NCBI GenBank assembly: GCA_965279375.1
Contig: OZ257156.1
Span: 2,016,001 to 2,080,000 of the forward strand
DNA: 64,000 nucleotides
Direction: 5' to 3'
Source: Gemmatimonas sp.
GTDB lineage: Bacteria > Gemmatimonadota > Gemmatimonadetes > Gemmatimonadales > Gemmatimonadaceae
Below the pieces are notes generated by a model, which ran no database searches, was not told the DNA's origin, and saw only the letters and a list, made by a program, of their open reading frames with translations. Below are positions 10,160-20,723 of this stretch, piece by piece. Every line of letters begins with the position of its first letter. Within the stretch, counting starts at the first letter, position 1. The translations under genes were made by a program, and so were the position numbers.

Positions 10160-11461
10160 CTACTTGAACGTATCGGACATCAGGTTGGTGAACCACTTGA
10201 GCATGTCTTCGTAGTTCTCGCTGGTCGCATCGAGCGACTCGGTCACGCCATTGCCGGTGGGGGTCATCGTGCGTGACCCGGGGTCGTAGCGATAGACCAC
10301 GGAGAGCCACGACGCGGTGGTCTTGGTGATGGGCGTGAAGCAGGACGAGTTGGTGATCGGCGTGGGATTCACGGTGCCGCCACTCAGCAACTCGATGATG
10401 GCAGCTGCGCACACCTTGGCTTCCGCGTTGGCGATGTGCCCGGCCTTGGGTTGTGTGGTGCCCGAAGCGTCGCCAAGCACGTGAACGAGCGGTACCGCGG
10501 TGGACTCGTACGTCAGGACATCGACGCCGGCAAACTTGTTTGCGATGCCGTTGGCCCCGGGTGCATTGGCAAGACCGATCCCTGACGCCGAAACGAGCGC
10601 GCCAGCTCGATGCGTCGGGATGGCGTTGATAACCTTCCCCTTGAACGCGCCGGCAGCGTTGGTCGTCACGGTCATGGAGTCGGCGTCGATACTGCTGATC
10701 GATGCATTCGGCACGTAGGTGATGACGTTCTTGTGCGTCACCGTGAACGCGCGAGTGAAATTCAGTGGCTCCGCCTGGATGGACGGGTTCGCGTCGAGGA
10801 TGATCACGCGTCCACCGCCCTTCACGCGCTTGAGATAGTCTGCCACAACGCCGGCGCGCTCGTACGGGCCTGGCGGGCAGCGGTACGGTTTCGGCGGAAT
10901 CGTCAGAATGAACGTGTCCGCCTTGGTCATCGACTGGATCTGCGCCTTGAGCGCGGTGGTCTGCGCGCCGGCCTTCCAGGCGTGCACGATCTTGCTCTGG
11001 TTCGCCGCGGATCCCGTCAGCGGCAGTGGCTCGAAGTCGATGCCCGGTGAGAGTACCAGTCGGTCGTACGGCAGCTGGGAGCCATTGGACAGTCTGACAC
11101 TTCGTCCGATCGGGTCAATCGCGGTGACCGCAGCGGTGACCACTTTGACGCCGTACTTGCTGGTGAGCGTGGAATAGTTGAACGCGAGTTGGCTGAGCGT
11201 ACGCTCGCCGGTGAGCACCATGTTGCTGAAGATGTTCGAGTAGTAGGTGGGATTGGGTTCAACCAACGTCACGTCGATGCCCGCGCCGCCCCAGAGGCGC
11301 AGAAACTTGGCGACGGTTGTGCCACCCATGCCGCCACCAACCACGACCACTCGCCCGGTCGCACCAGCGGGGAGCGTGGCGGGAAGTGCCAGCGCGGAAC
11401 GCAACGCGGCCAGCGAAAGCCCTGACGCGCCGAGTCCCTTGAGGAATGTTCTGCGCTCCAT
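10160..11461 (-). CDS. fccB: Flavocytochrome c sulfide dehydrogenase, flavoprotein subunit
   Basis: Tat signal ERRTFLK, GGGMGG, PYRCPPGPYERA, PKAGHIAN, NSSCF. Confidence 0.88.
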   Translation of the reverse strand: MERRTFLKGLGASGLSLAALRSALALPATLPAGATGRVVVVGGGMGGTTVAKFLRLWGGAGIDVTLVEPNPTYYSNIFSNMVLTGERTLSQLAFNYSTLTSKYGVKVVTAAVTAIDPIGRSVRLSNGSQLPYDRLVLSPGIDFEPLPLTGSAANQSKIVHAWKAGAQTTALKAQIQSMTKADTFILTIPPKPYRCPPGPYERAGVVADYLKRVKGGGRVIILDANPSIQAEPLNFTRAFTVTHKNVITYVPNASISSIDADSMTVTTNAAGAFKGKVINAIPTHRAGALVSASGIGLANAPGANGIANKFAGVDVLTYESTAVPLVHVLGDASGTTQPKAGHIANAEAKVCAAAIIELLSGGTVNPTPITNSSCFTPITKTTASWLSVVYRYDPGSRTMTPTGNGVTESLDATSENYEDMLKWFTNLMSDTFK

Positions 11462-11463
11462 GG

Positions 11464-11892
11464 TCAGCGCCCCGCTTGTGCGAAGTAGGTGGCGATGAGC
11501 GAGATCTCCGCGGGCGTATATGCTGCCGCGTGCACGTTCATGATGTTGCTCCTCGGGTTTTTGCCGCGCATCTCGTTGAGTTCGGAGATGATTTCGGACG
11601 CGCTTTCTCCGGCGATCTTGAGTTCACCGGCGACGCCATCCGTGCCGTGGCACTGGAAGCAGTTGGCGGCGAGGGCGCGGCCGGCAACGTTGACAACGGC
11701 GCCGACGGCCAGCGGCGCGGGTGTGGAGCGTGCGGTCGCGGGCTCGATCGGAGCCGCCGTGGGCAGATCGCGGCAGGAGGTGACGAGGCTGGCGAGGAGG
11801 ACGACGGTCAGCGCCGCCAATCGCGCGGGTGTACTCGCGGCTCGAGTCTTTGCCGTGTTCGACGAGTTGTGCGTGGGCAGGCGGGTGGGCAT
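11464..11892 (-). CDS. fccA: Monoheme cytochrome c, FccA-like, probable lipoprotein
   Basis: GRALAANCFQCHG, distal Met in NIMNVHA, lipobox-like LVTSC; directly upstream of fccB. Confidence 0.8.
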   Translation of the reverse strand: MPTRLPTHNSSNTAKTRAASTPARLAALTVVLLASLVTSCRDLPTAAPIEPATARSTPAPLAVGAVVNVAGRALAANCFQCHGTDGVAGELKIAGESASEIISELNEMRGKNPRSNIMNVHAAAYTPAEISLIATYFAQAGR

Positions 11893-12059
11893 ACGCAGGT
11901 GGGAGCGAAGGTGGGTGTCGCGTGCGCAAAGGGCGATGCTGAACGCTGCTCCCGGAATATGAATTACTCTGTGACCATTCGCACATGCAGTTATATATGC
12001 ATTACAGCATGATCATATCGTCCATTCGCCTCAACGTTCCGATGCGCGACCCGCGTCAG

Positions 12060-12587
12060 CTAGAACGGCTTGAACTCGTCGAACGGCTGGCGGCAGCTAT
12101 TGCAGACGTGGATCGCCTTGCATGCCGTGCTTCCGAACTCGCTCTGCAGTCGCGTGTCGCTCGAGCCACAGAACGGACACGGCACCGGATCACGACGGCG
12201 CGTGAGCGTGATCAATCCCTCGGGCTCGGCGCGCCGTGGCGGGGCGATGCCGTAGGCGCGCAGCTTCTCGCGCGCTTCGGGGCCGATCCAGTCGGTGGTC
12301 CACGCGGGCGCGTAGACCGTGTCCACCACCACAGTGGACGCGCCCGCCGCGACGAGCGCGGCGCGAATGTCCGTCTCGATTTCGCGCATGGCCGGGCAGC
12401 CGGAGTAGGTGGGCGTGACCGTCACGCGAACCGTCGTCTGCCCAGCGTCGTGTGTGACCGAAGCGTCGCGAATGATGCCCAGGTCCACGACGCTGATGAC
12501 CGGTACCTCGGGGTCCATCACCGTTGTCAGCACCGCCATGACATCGTCCCGCGACTGCAATGCGGGCGTCGTCGTGTGCTCAGGCAC
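12060..12587 (-). CDS. paaD: Phenylacetyl-CoA epoxidase subunit D
   Basis: DPEVPVISVVDLG, TPTYSGCPA, WTTDW, CPFCGS, FGSTACKA, EPF-like end. Confidence 0.92.
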   Translation of the reverse strand: MPEHTTTPALQSRDDVMAVLTTVMDPEVPVISVVDLGIIRDASVTHDAGQTTVRVTVTPTYSGCPAMREIETDIRAALVAAGASTVVVDTVYAPAWTTDWIGPEAREKLRAYGIAPPRRAEPEGLITLTRRRDPVPCPFCGSSDTRLQSEFGSTACKAIHVCNSCRQPFDEFKPF

Positions 12588-12614
12588 GCATCACCTGCTG
12601 GCCTGATTGCGTGT

Positions 12615-13448
12615 TCACCACGTGGCGCCCGGGTGCGAGCGCGCGACAATCTGCATGGTGCTCAGCAGGTGCCCCAGGTGCTCGGTGTGAAATCCGCGAC
12701 GGCCGCCACGACGCATGCCGGTGTCGGAGGGCAGCGTGAGCGTCGCGCGAGACACCACATCGGCCACCATCGTCTGCCAACGCGACTTGATCGCGGCCTG
12801 ATCCACGTCCACGCCAAGTGCCGCCACCGCGTCGTCCACCGCATCGCGATCGAACAACTCGTCGGTGAACCGCCACAGTTCGTTCAGCGACGCCTGCACG
12901 CGGGTATGGCTTTCCTCTGTGCCGTCGCCAAGACGAACCAACCACTCGCTGCTGTGGCGCAGATGATACTTGTCTTCCTTGAGCGACTTGGCCGCGATTG
13001 CTGCGAGCGTCGGGTGCCCGCAACGCGAGAGCGCGTCCCACTGCAGCACGCTGAAGGCATCGTACAAGAACTGCCGCACGATGGTGAAGCCGAAATCGCC
13101 CTTGGGCAGCTCGACGATGAGCGCGTTGCGATAAGCGACCGCGTCGCGGAAGTACGCCAATGCATCTTCGTCGCGCCCTTTGCCCTCGATCTCGCCGGCG
13201 AGCTTGAGCACACTCGCGGCATGTCCCACGAGATCCAGCGCGATGTTGGAGAGCGCGATGTCCTCTTCGAGAATGGGGCCGTGTCCGCACCACTCCGACA
13301 TGCGATGCCCAAGGACCAACCGGTCATCGCCCAGGCGCAGCAGGTACTCGAACAGCGGATTCTCGACCGGCGTCGTGCGCGGTGCTGCGACGTTGGGCAC
13401 CTTCGACTCCGGCGTCACCTGGTCTGCGTTCACGTCGTGCGTGCTCAA
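12615..13448 (-). CDS. paaC: Phenylacetyl-CoA epoxidase subunit C
   Basis: LRLGDD..LGHRMSEWCGHGP.LEEDIAL, HTEHLGHLL, HPGATW; TTGA overlap with paaB. Confidence 0.93.
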   Translation of the reverse strand: MSTHDVNADQVTPESKVPNVAAPRTTPVENPLFEYLLRLGDDRLVLGHRMSEWCGHGPILEEDIALSNIALDLVGHAASVLKLAGEIEGKGRDEDALAYFRDAVAYRNALIVELPKGDFGFTIVRQFLYDAFSVLQWDALSRCGHPTLAAIAAKSLKEDKYHLRHSSEWLVRLGDGTEESHTRVQASLNELWRFTDELFDRDAVDDAVAALGVDVDQAAIKSRWQTMVADVVSRATLTLPSDTGMRRGGRRGFHTEHLGHLLSTMQIVARSHPGATW

Positions 13449-13732
13449 AAGATCCGCACGCCACGAGGCGCGAGGTAGAACTGCGGATGACGATACGGCT
13501 TGTCGTTCCCCGGATCGAAGAACGGGCCCGCATCACTCGGCGACGACGCAACGATCGCCGTGGATGGAACCACCCAGAGATTCACCGCTTCGCCGCGGCG
13601 CGCGTAGACATCGCGCGCGTTCTGCAACGCCTGTTCGGCGTCGGCGGCATGCACGCTGCCGGCATGTTCAAACGCTTCGCCGTGATTGGGCTGCGTGAAC
13701 ACTTCCCAGAGGGGCCACTGACTGTCGGACAT
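13445..13732 (-). CDS. paaB: Phenylacetyl-CoA epoxidase subunit B
   Basis: WPLWEVF, HAGSVHAAD, ARDVYARR, YRHPQFY. Confidence 0.93.
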   Translation of the reverse strand: MSDSQWPLWEVFTQPNHGEAFEHAGSVHAADAEQALQNARDVYARRGEAVNLWVVPSTAIVASSPSDAGPFFDPGNDKPYRHPQFYLAPRGVRIF

Positions 13733-13745
13733 GTCTGGACTCGCC

Positions 13746-14717
13746 TCAGGCCGCTGCGGTGGATGACTTGGCGCGCTGCTTCTCGGCGTGAGCAGTGGCC
13801 GCGGCGCGCACCCATTCGCCGTCCGCGTGTGCCTTGTTCCGCGCCTCGAGTCGTTCGCGATTGCACGGGCCGTTGCCCTTGATGACTTCGAAGAACTCCG
13901 ACCAATCGATCTCGCCGAACGTCCAGTCCTTGGTGGTGTCGTCGTACGAGAGATCCGGATCGGGGATGGTGAGTCCGATCGCGATCGCCTGCGGCACGGT
14001 GAGGTTCACGAAGCGCTGACGCAGCTCGTCATTGGTCTTCCGCTTCACGCGCCACTTCATCAGCTCGGCGGAGTTGGGCGAATCGGCATCGCTGGGGCCG
14101 AACATCATGAGCGCGGGCCACCAGAAGCGATTCACCGCGTCCTGCACCATCGCCTTCTGCGCCGGCGTGCCATTGGCGAGCGTGGCGCAGATTTCGTAGC
14201 CCTGGCGTTTGTGGAAGTTCTCTTCCTTGCAGATGCGAATCATCGCGCGGGCGTACGGACCGTACGAGGCTTTGGCGAGCACCGTCTGGTTCACGATCGC
14301 CGCGCCGTCCACCAGCCAGCCGATCACACCCATGTCGGCCCAGCTGAGCGTCGGGTAGTTGAAGATGCTGGAGTACTTGGCGCGCCCATCGAGCAGCTGT
14401 TCGACGAGTTCGTGGCGATCGACGCCGAGTGTTTCGGTGCCGCAGTAGATGTAAAGCCCGTGGCCGGCCTCGTCCTGCACCTTGGCGATGAGCGACATCT
14501 TGCGGCGCAGACTGGGCGCGCGCGTGATCCAGTTGCCTTCGGGGAGCATGCCCACGATTTCGGAGTGCGCGTGCTGCGACATCATCCGGGTGAGCTGCTT
14601 ACGATAGCGCTCGGGCATCCAGTCTTTGGGCTCGATGCTTTCGCCGGCGGCGATGCGAGCTTCAAAGGCGGCGAGGAGCGACGATTCGTCGGGGGGGGAG
14701 GACGGCGTCTGTTGCAT
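13746..14717 (-). CDS. paaA: Phenylacetyl-CoA epoxidase subunit A
   Basis: [46 protein letters not shown]; start MQQTP at 14717. Confidence 0.95.
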   Translation of the reverse strand: MQQTPSSPPDESSLLAAFEARIAAGESIEPKDWMPERYRKQLTRMMSQHAHSEIVGMLPEGNWITRAPSLRRKMSLIAKVQDEAGHGLYIYCGTETLGVDRHELVEQLLDGRAKYSSIFNYPTLSWADMGVIGWLVDGAAIVNQTVLAKASYGPYARAMIRICKEENFHKRQGYEICATLANGTPAQKAMVQDAVNRFWWPALMMFGPSDADSPNSAELMKWRVKRKTNDELRQRFVNLTVPQAIAIGLTIPDPDLSYDDTTKDWTFGEIDWSEFFEVIKGNGPCNRERLEARNKAHADGEWVRAAATAHAEKQRAKSSTAAA

Positions 14718-14782
14718 GGGAAGGAATCTACCGGAGGCTCGCGGGCTTCGACAATCGAGAGGTGCTGCTACTTTATGCACCT

Positions 14783-15574
14783 ATGACGAATAACGTTGCC
14801 GGTGCCCAGAGTGTGTCCGCCCTCGAAGGCGACATCCGTGTCCACATTGCCGACGGGATCGGCACGCTCGAGTTCTTCCATCCGAAGGGGAACTCGCTCC
14901 CCGGCGCGCTGTTGCGCTCATTGGCCCAGCACGTAACGGCGCTCGGTCTGGACCCGTCCGTGCGCGTGATCGTGCTGCGCAGTGGTGGTAAGGGTCCGTT
15001 CTGCGCGGGCGCCTCGTTCGACGAACTGGTCTCGATCAGAGACGTGGCGCAGGGGAAGGAGTTCTTCAGCGGATTCTCGGGGGTCATCCTCGCGATGATC
15101 CGCGCTCCCAAGTTCGTGCTGGTGCGCGTGCACGGGAAAGCGGCCGGTGGGGCCGTCGGACTCATTGCTGCGAGCGATTTCAGCTTCGCTGTGCAGAGCG
15201 CGTCCGCCAAGTTGAGCGAGCTGGCGATCGGCATCGGGCCCTTCGTGGTGGGCCCCGTCATCGAGCAGAAGATCGGGCTCGCGGCCTATAGCCAGATGGC
15301 GGTGGACGCCGACTGGCGCGATGCGAACTGGTGCGAGCGGCACGGGCTGTATGCCCGCCTGTTTGACGATGCAGGCGCGATGGACGCGAGTCTGGACGCG
15401 CTGGCCAAGACGCTGGCGGCGTCCAATCCCGAGGCGATGGCAGAGCTCAAGCGGGTGTTCTGGGCTGGGACGGAGGGCTGGGACGTGTTGCTGGCCGAGC
15501 GTGCGGGGATGAGCGGAACGATGGTGTTGAGCGAGTTCACGCGGAACGCGATTTCGAGCTTCAAGGCCAAATAG
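14783..15574 (+). CDS. Enoyl-CoA hydratase/isomerase family protein
   Basis: FCAGASFDEL, GKAAGGAVGL, LSELAIGIGP; start MTNNVA. Confidence 0.9.
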   Translation: MTNNVAGAQSVSALEGDIRVHIADGIGTLEFFHPKGNSLPGALLRSLAQHVTALGLDPSVRVIVLRSGGKGPFCAGASFDELVSIRDVAQGKEFFSGFSGVILAMIRAPKFVLVRVHGKAAGGAVGLIAASDFSFAVQSASAKLSELAIGIGPFVVGPVIEQKIGLAAYSQMAVDADWRDANWCERHGLYARLFDDAGAMDASLDALAKTLAASNPEAMAELKRVFWAGTEGWDVLLAERAGMSGTMVLSEFTRNAISSFKAK

Positions 15575-15597
15575 CTCGGCGCGTTCCGGCGAGATCG

Positions 15598-16935
15598 TCA
15601 GCGCAGAATGAGCTCAATGCGACGGTTGCGCAGGCGCCCTTCCACAGTGCTGCTGCTCGTGGTGGGCCGGCGCCCACCCTCACCACGCACGGACAACCGC
15701 TCGATTGAAATGCCGCGCGCGACGATGTAGTCGCGCGCGGCCTCGGCCCGCCGTACCGAGAGTCCGATGTTGGCATTGAGGTCGCCGCGATCATCGGTAT
15801 GGCCGACAAGCTCGGCCGTCACTCGGCTGTACGTTCGCAGATAGTCGACAACCAGATTCAGCTCGGAACGACCTGCCGCCGTGAGTCGAGTGCTGACGCC
15901 TTCGAAAGTCACCGCACTTGCGCGATAGGTCTCGAGCCGCGGGCAGCCGCGTGGAAGCGCGCCACCAGCGACCGTCGGGCATTTGTCGAGCGCGTCTTCA
16001 ATGCCGTCGTTGTCCGTATCGGGACAGCCATCGAGGGCACGCGTGCCCGCCGTCGCCGGGCAGCCGTCCGTGGCATCGGGTACGCCGTCCTGATCACGAT
16101 CCAGAACCGGCGGTGGCGTGCACCCGCGGTGCGCTGCGACACCCGCCGTGTTGGGACACGCGTCGTCGCCGTCGAGAATCCCGTCACGATCTGCATCGGC
16201 AATCGGACACCCTTGCTGCGCCGAGAGTCCAACTTGTGTCGGGCACTTGTCGACTTGGTCCAGCAGTCCGTCACCGTCGGTATCTGCGTATACGCGCCGA
16301 CCGAACAATTTCACTTTCACGCCCGCCTGCACACCCTGCAATCGAATGCGTGAAGCGGATGCAGCGGTGTTGGTACGGTTCTGATCTGTGAAACCGAGAT
16401 TGTATCTGCCGTATACGCTGACCCGCGAATGCGGCATGATCTCAACGCCGCCGGTCGCCGAGAGATTCAATGAGGAGACGGAGTCCGTGGTCCAGTAGTT
16501 GGGCGTATCACCGACGCGCAACGCGTAGTCGAACTGACCTCCCAGCGACACCGCCGCGAACCGGCCGACATGCACCTTGAGTAGCAGCGGAGCGGAAATG
16601 AACCCCAGCGTCGCGCTGTCGAGGAGCACACGTGTGCGTGCGCGTCCGGTTGCGCTCTGTGCGCGCGACGGCGTCGACAAATATTGCAGCTGCGGTTCGA
16701 GCGAAAGTCCGAAACCGAGGGGCAGATTGAACCACGCGCCGGCCGACCACCCGGGTTCCTGCTTATAGCGCTCGGCGCCATTGGAACTCAACGTCAGCAG
16801 CGTTGCGCCCCCGACGAGGCCAACCGAGGGCGTGTAGTGATCGCGAGTTGGAACCTGCGCGTGCGTGACTGACGCTGCGAGGAGCAACTGCACCGCGCCG
16901 ACGGAGAGGCACCGTGGCAACCTGGAACATGACAT
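15598..16935 (-). CDS. OmpA-family protein: beta-barrel, DxDxDG..D..D.CP Ca-binding repeats, OmpA_C domain
   Basis: Repeated D.D.DG..D..D.CP units; VGHTD, LSVRRA, NRRIE; start uncertain. Confidence 0.85.
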   Translation of the reverse strand: MSCSRLPRCLSVGAVQLLLAASVTHAQVPTRDHYTPSVGLVGGATLLTLSSNGAERYKQEPGWSAGAWFNLPLGFGLSLEPQLQYLSTPSRAQSATGRARTRVLLDSATLGFISAPLLLKVHVGRFAAVSLGGQFDYALRVGDTPNYWTTDSVSSLNLSATGGVEIMPHSRVSVYGRYNLGFTDQNRTNTAASASRIRLQGVQAGVKVKLFGRRVYADTDGDGLLDQVDKCPTQVGLSAQQGCPIADADRDGILDGDDACPNTAGVAAHRGCTPPPVLDRDQDGVPDATDGCPATAGTRALDGCPDTDNDGIEDALDKCPTVAGGALPRGCPRLETYRASAVTFEGVSTRLTAAGRSELNLVVDYLRTYSRVTAELVGHTDDRGDLNANIGLSVRRAEAARDYIVARGISIERLSVRGEGGRRPTTSSSTVEGRLRNRRIELILR

Positions 16936-17069
16936 GAGGCCTGCGGGGCTCGGGTCCGACGACGTCACGAGGAAGGGGCCGCCGTGACCAACCGGAAGGA
17001 TGTAGGCGTATCGAACAGCCCGACAAGACGAGTCCGCGTAACAAATACCCGCATGATCTCGTGAACGAA

Positions 17070-17822
17070 TCAGCGCGATGCAGCCTGCAGGTCGGCCGCG
17101 ACGATGATGCGAACTCGTAGATCACCAACAGAAGGATCGACGAGAAAGCCAACGCGTCGCGGGGGTGACGCCGCGAGCGGCTCGAGCGTGCCAAAGGGCT
17201 CGTAGCGAAAGCAATCAGTCGCGCGATCGCCGCATCCGACGTCGTTGAAGAAGTTGTGCGGCGCACCATCCCAATCACCACTCGGCACGGCGAGTCCTGA
17301 GCGCGGAGAACTCACCGTGATCACACCGCCTGTGACCGAAACGCCGCCGGCGGTCGAGAGCACCGCGACTTCGATCGGAAAAGCCTGGACGCCGACGACA
17401 TTGCTCGGTGGAGCCGGAAAGGTGGGCGTGATCAGACGTAGCCCAGCAAGTCGGTTGATGATGGTCAGATCGAAAGTAACGAGCACCTTGCCCGGTACCG
17501 TCGCGCCGAGCACGCCCGCTGCGTAGTTGCTGGCGCGCATCTCCACTGCGTCACCGCCGAGGAGCGACGGTTGGACGCGCGCGCCAAACGTGACTGCACT
17601 GCTCGACGCAGGCAGTCCGGCGAGCAGGACCGTCGGCGCAGAGACGGCAACCCTTCGACGGAGCGTGGACACGTCGACGATGAATGCCGACTCGCGATAG
17701 GGCGACGGTGTCGAGGTGCCCTGTGCCAGCGATGAAACCGGCGCAGTCGTGGCCTCGGAACTGCACGCACACGCGATCACCAATACGAATAGACAACAGA
17801 CGCGAATCAACGACGGGAACAT
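17070..17822 (-). CDS. Lipoprotein consisting only of the island head domain (paralog 1)
   Basis: Lipobox-like IACAC; HNFFNDVGC.....DCFRYEPF shared with 17964 and 33320. Confidence 0.8.
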   Translation of the reverse strand: MFPSLIRVCCLFVLVIACACSSEATTAPVSSLAQGTSTPSPYRESAFIVDVSTLRRRVAVSAPTVLLAGLPASSSAVTFGARVQPSLLGGDAVEMRASNYAAGVLGATVPGKVLVTFDLTIINRLAGLRLITPTFPAPPSNVVGVQAFPIEVAVLSTAGGVSVTGGVITVSSPRSGLAVPSGDWDGAPHNFFNDVGCGDRATDCFRYEPFGTLEPLAASPPRRVGFLVDPSVGDLRVRIIVAADLQAASR

Positions 17823-17963
17823 GAACGACTGTCTCGCTGCGATGAGAAACGTCGGTGCGCGCGCTGCGCACCTGCTCACCACCAACGACACACGTCTGCT
17901 TACGTCACGTCCTTCCCGTCGTCGAGGGCAACATTGTTACGTGCGCTCGAGCAAGGGCATTCT

Positions 17964-19778
17964 CTACGGCACGACAAGGCTCGAGAGGTTCAGCGTGACA
18001 CGCGAAGTCACATCGATGTCCTGCGTGCCCGCTCCCACACGGGTGAGCGTCACCTGCGGAGTGACGGTGCCACTCGCGCCGGCGGTCACGTTGAAGGTCA
18101 GTCGAATCAGCGCGACGACGCCAGTGCTGGATGCGCCCGCGGTGCTGGCGACGATCACGCGCGACGTTGCACCGCTGCCGCCAGCGTTGCTCTCAACCAC
18201 GTCGCCGATATCGAAGGTGCCGGGGGTCAACAACTGTCGCGACGTCCAGTCGAGCAACGTGCCATCGTAGGCCATCACCAACGATAGACCAGTGAGCGCG
18301 TCTGCCGCCGAGCCGTCGATATCACTGTTTCCGGGTGCAGCGCCCATGTCGATTGACAGTGTCAACGTCACCTGTCGGCCCGTGGGGCCGGTCGGCGTCA
18401 TGCTGCCCCATGTGGCCGTGAGTGGATACGTGATCGTCGGCGCAGCGCAGGTGACGACGAGGCTGCGCGTCAGTCCACTCGCATCGAGCGCGCTGTACGA
18501 CACGTTCGACGCGCTGCAGCCCGCGGGCAGATTCGCCAACGCGATGATGCCGCTGTCTGCCGGGCGGAACGGCACCTGTGACACTTGCCACGCACCGGTC
18601 GCATCGGTCGTGACGGCGGGGATCGGCGTGCCGCCTGTGGGAGTGACGACCACCTGTACACCGGCGAGCGGCGCGCCAAGCGTGGTCCTCACCGTGCCCT
18701 GGATCGACGCCGTGGGAACGGTGCAACTGGCCACGAAATCCTGAACGACCGTCGCGCCGGCTGGTACGTTCACACTAACCGTCGGTTGCAGCGACACGCA
18801 GCCGGATGGCAGTGCCTGCAGCGAGACGGTGCGGGCGCTGCCACTCGGAACGTTCGCGAGGCTGTACGCGCCGGTGGCTGACGTGGTGGCGGTGCCGCCA
18901 CCAGTCACAGTCACCACCGCACCGGCAAGAGGCCCGATGTTCGATGTGACCGTGCCGCGCACGACTCCGGGCAAAGGAGGCGCTGCAGCCACCAGGTCGG
19001 CGCCGACGATCACTTTCACGATGAAGTTGCCGACCGTGGGATCGATCAGAAAGCCGACCTGCTGGGGCGCAGAGCTGGCAAGCGGATCGATCGTGCCGAA
19101 CGGCTCATATCGGAAACAGTCCGTCGCGGTCGCCGGGCAACCCGTGTCATTGAAGAAATTGTGCAGTGCGCCATCCCATTCGTTGTCGTGCACGACCGAA
19201 CCGAAACGCGGCGACGACACCTGCAACTGGTTGCCACTCGAGCCGACACCGCCGGGACTCGTGAGCACGCCGATCTCGATGGGAAATGCCAGTACACCGA
19301 CCACGCCCGAAGGCGGCGTCGGGAAGGTGGGTGTCGAGAGGCGGAAGCTCGCCAGCCGATTGATGACCTGGATGTCGAACAGCACCTGAATCTTTCCCGG
19401 CGCGACGGCGCCGAGCACTCCGCTGCGAAAGTTCGTGACGACGAGGTCGATCGCGTCGGCGCCGAGCAACGATGGCTGTACACTCAGCGGCGACACGGTG
19501 GTCATATCCGCAACACGCGATGACAGACTCGCGCTTGGCGCAGACACTGTCACTTGCTGGCGCGTCGCATTGACGGACAGTGTGAACGATGCGTTGCGAT
19601 ACGCCGCGGGAAGTGCCGGAGTCGCCGGCAGTTCGGGGGCGATCGACGTCGGCTTCTCCGCCGCGCAGGCCTCTAGGACGCACGCAGCCACCAGCAGCCG
19701 ACCGACGACCGCGATTGCGCGCGCGCTCGACCAGCGACGGCGCGCTGCGACAGCCGAATCGGAAAGCGTGTTGCGCAT
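17964..19778 (-). CDS. Lipoprotein: head domain, 2 Cys-paired Ig-like repeats, C-terminal cohesin-like domain (paralog 2)
   Basis: Lipobox LEAC; collinear similarity to 33320..35116 along its whole length. Confidence 0.85.
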   Translation of the reverse strand: MRNTLSDSAVAARRRWSSARAIAVVGRLLVAACVLEACAAEKPTSIAPELPATPALPAAYRNASFTLSVNATRQQVTVSAPSASLSSRVADMTTVSPLSVQPSLLGADAIDLVVTNFRSGVLGAVAPGKIQVLFDIQVINRLASFRLSTPTFPTPPSGVVGVLAFPIEIGVLTSPGGVGSSGNQLQVSSPRFGSVVHDNEWDGALHNFFNDTGCPATATDCFRYEPFGTIDPLASSAPQQVGFLIDPTVGNFIVKVIVGADLVAAAPPLPGVVRGTVTSNIGPLAGAVVTVTGGGTATTSATGAYSLANVPSGSARTVSLQALPSGCVSLQPTVSVNVPAGATVVQDFVASCTVPTASIQGTVRTTLGAPLAGVQVVVTPTGGTPIPAVTTDATGAWQVSQVPFRPADSGIIALANLPAGCSASNVSYSALDASGLTRSLVVTCAAPTITYPLTATWGSMTPTGPTGRQVTLTLSIDMGAAPGNSDIDGSAADALTGLSLVMAYDGTLLDWTSRQLLTPGTFDIGDVVESNAGGSGATSRVIVASTAGASSTGVVALIRLTFNVTAGASGTVTPQVTLTRVGAGTQDIDVTSRVTLNLSSLVVP

Positions 19779-19814
19779 GAGGGCAGCGAACTGTAGGCGT
19801 TGGCTCTCGGACGA

Positions 19815-20543
19815 CTACGGCTTCACGGTTGCGCGAACGATGTAATCCATCTCCGTGAACCGTTCGAGATACACATTCCCTTCCTTCAGGATTCGCTCCT
19901 CGCCGAGCCCCTGACCGTATACGTCATAGAGGCGTGGCAGTACCTCGACGCCCTTGACGACCCGGCCAACCACCGTGAGTCCGCTCTGCTCGAGCCCCTC
20001 GTTGTCGCGCACGCTGAAGAACAGGTGGGTGGTCCGGGTGTTTGGCCCGCTCGACGCGAACGCGAGCGACCCGGCGGTGTGCGGACGCGTCGACGGATCA
20101 TCCTTGATGGACATCGTATCCCACACCGCGCTCACGCGCGGATCGCCGTTGAAGCCGAATTGCGCGATGAAGTCCCGCTGCACCTTGTAGAAGCGCATCG
20201 CGTCGAAGAAGCCGTGCTTCGCGAGGTAGTACAACCGGTCCACGCCGCGCGGTGCCCACGCGCGCACGACGGCAACCGTCATGTCGCCCTGGCTGGTTTC
20301 GAACACGATGTCGAACGAGTCCGGCGCCGGAGTGCGCAACGCAATGGTGTCCGGCACGAGCACCGCAGCGGACGGTGTCAACGGCGGAAGCGCAGGACGA
20401 ACGGCCATGCGCATGCGCTTCAAGCTGCTGTCGAAGGCCAGACGCTCGCTGCTCGGTTGCTCACTCGGTTTCGCCGCATCGTGATTGCAGGCGCTCAGAA
20501 GCGTAGTGACGAACAGTATGGCAGCGAAGCGATGCGAAAACAT
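19815..20543 (-). CDS. Cyclophilin-type peptidyl-prolyl isomerase, lipoprotein
   Basis: FETSQG, WAPRGVDR, FIAQFG, GPNTRTT.LF, GRVVKG; lipobox LSAC. Confidence 0.85.
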   Translation of the reverse strand: MFSHRFAAILFVTTLLSACNHDAAKPSEQPSSERLAFDSSLKRMRMAVRPALPPLTPSAAVLVPDTIALRTPAPDSFDIVFETSQGDMTVAVVRAWAPRGVDRLYYLAKHGFFDAMRFYKVQRDFIAQFGFNGDPRVSAVWDTMSIKDDPSTRPHTAGSLAFASSGPNTRTTHLFFSVRDNEGLEQSGLTVVGRVVKGVEVLPRLYDVYGQGLGEERILKEGNVYLERFTEMDYIVRATVKP

Positions 20544-20723
20544 GGCGTGCGGAAAGAATGAGGACGGTGATACGGGAGAACAATGTGCGCGTCGCCGAAC
20601 GTGTTGTCGCGGGCCGTGACCACATCTTGACCGCATCGATGCGCGTGATTCGATGCCGCGCCGACCAACCGATGCCATGCTTGGCTCTGGGCACTTCCGC
20701 GAACCGTCCGTCGGCACCCATCC

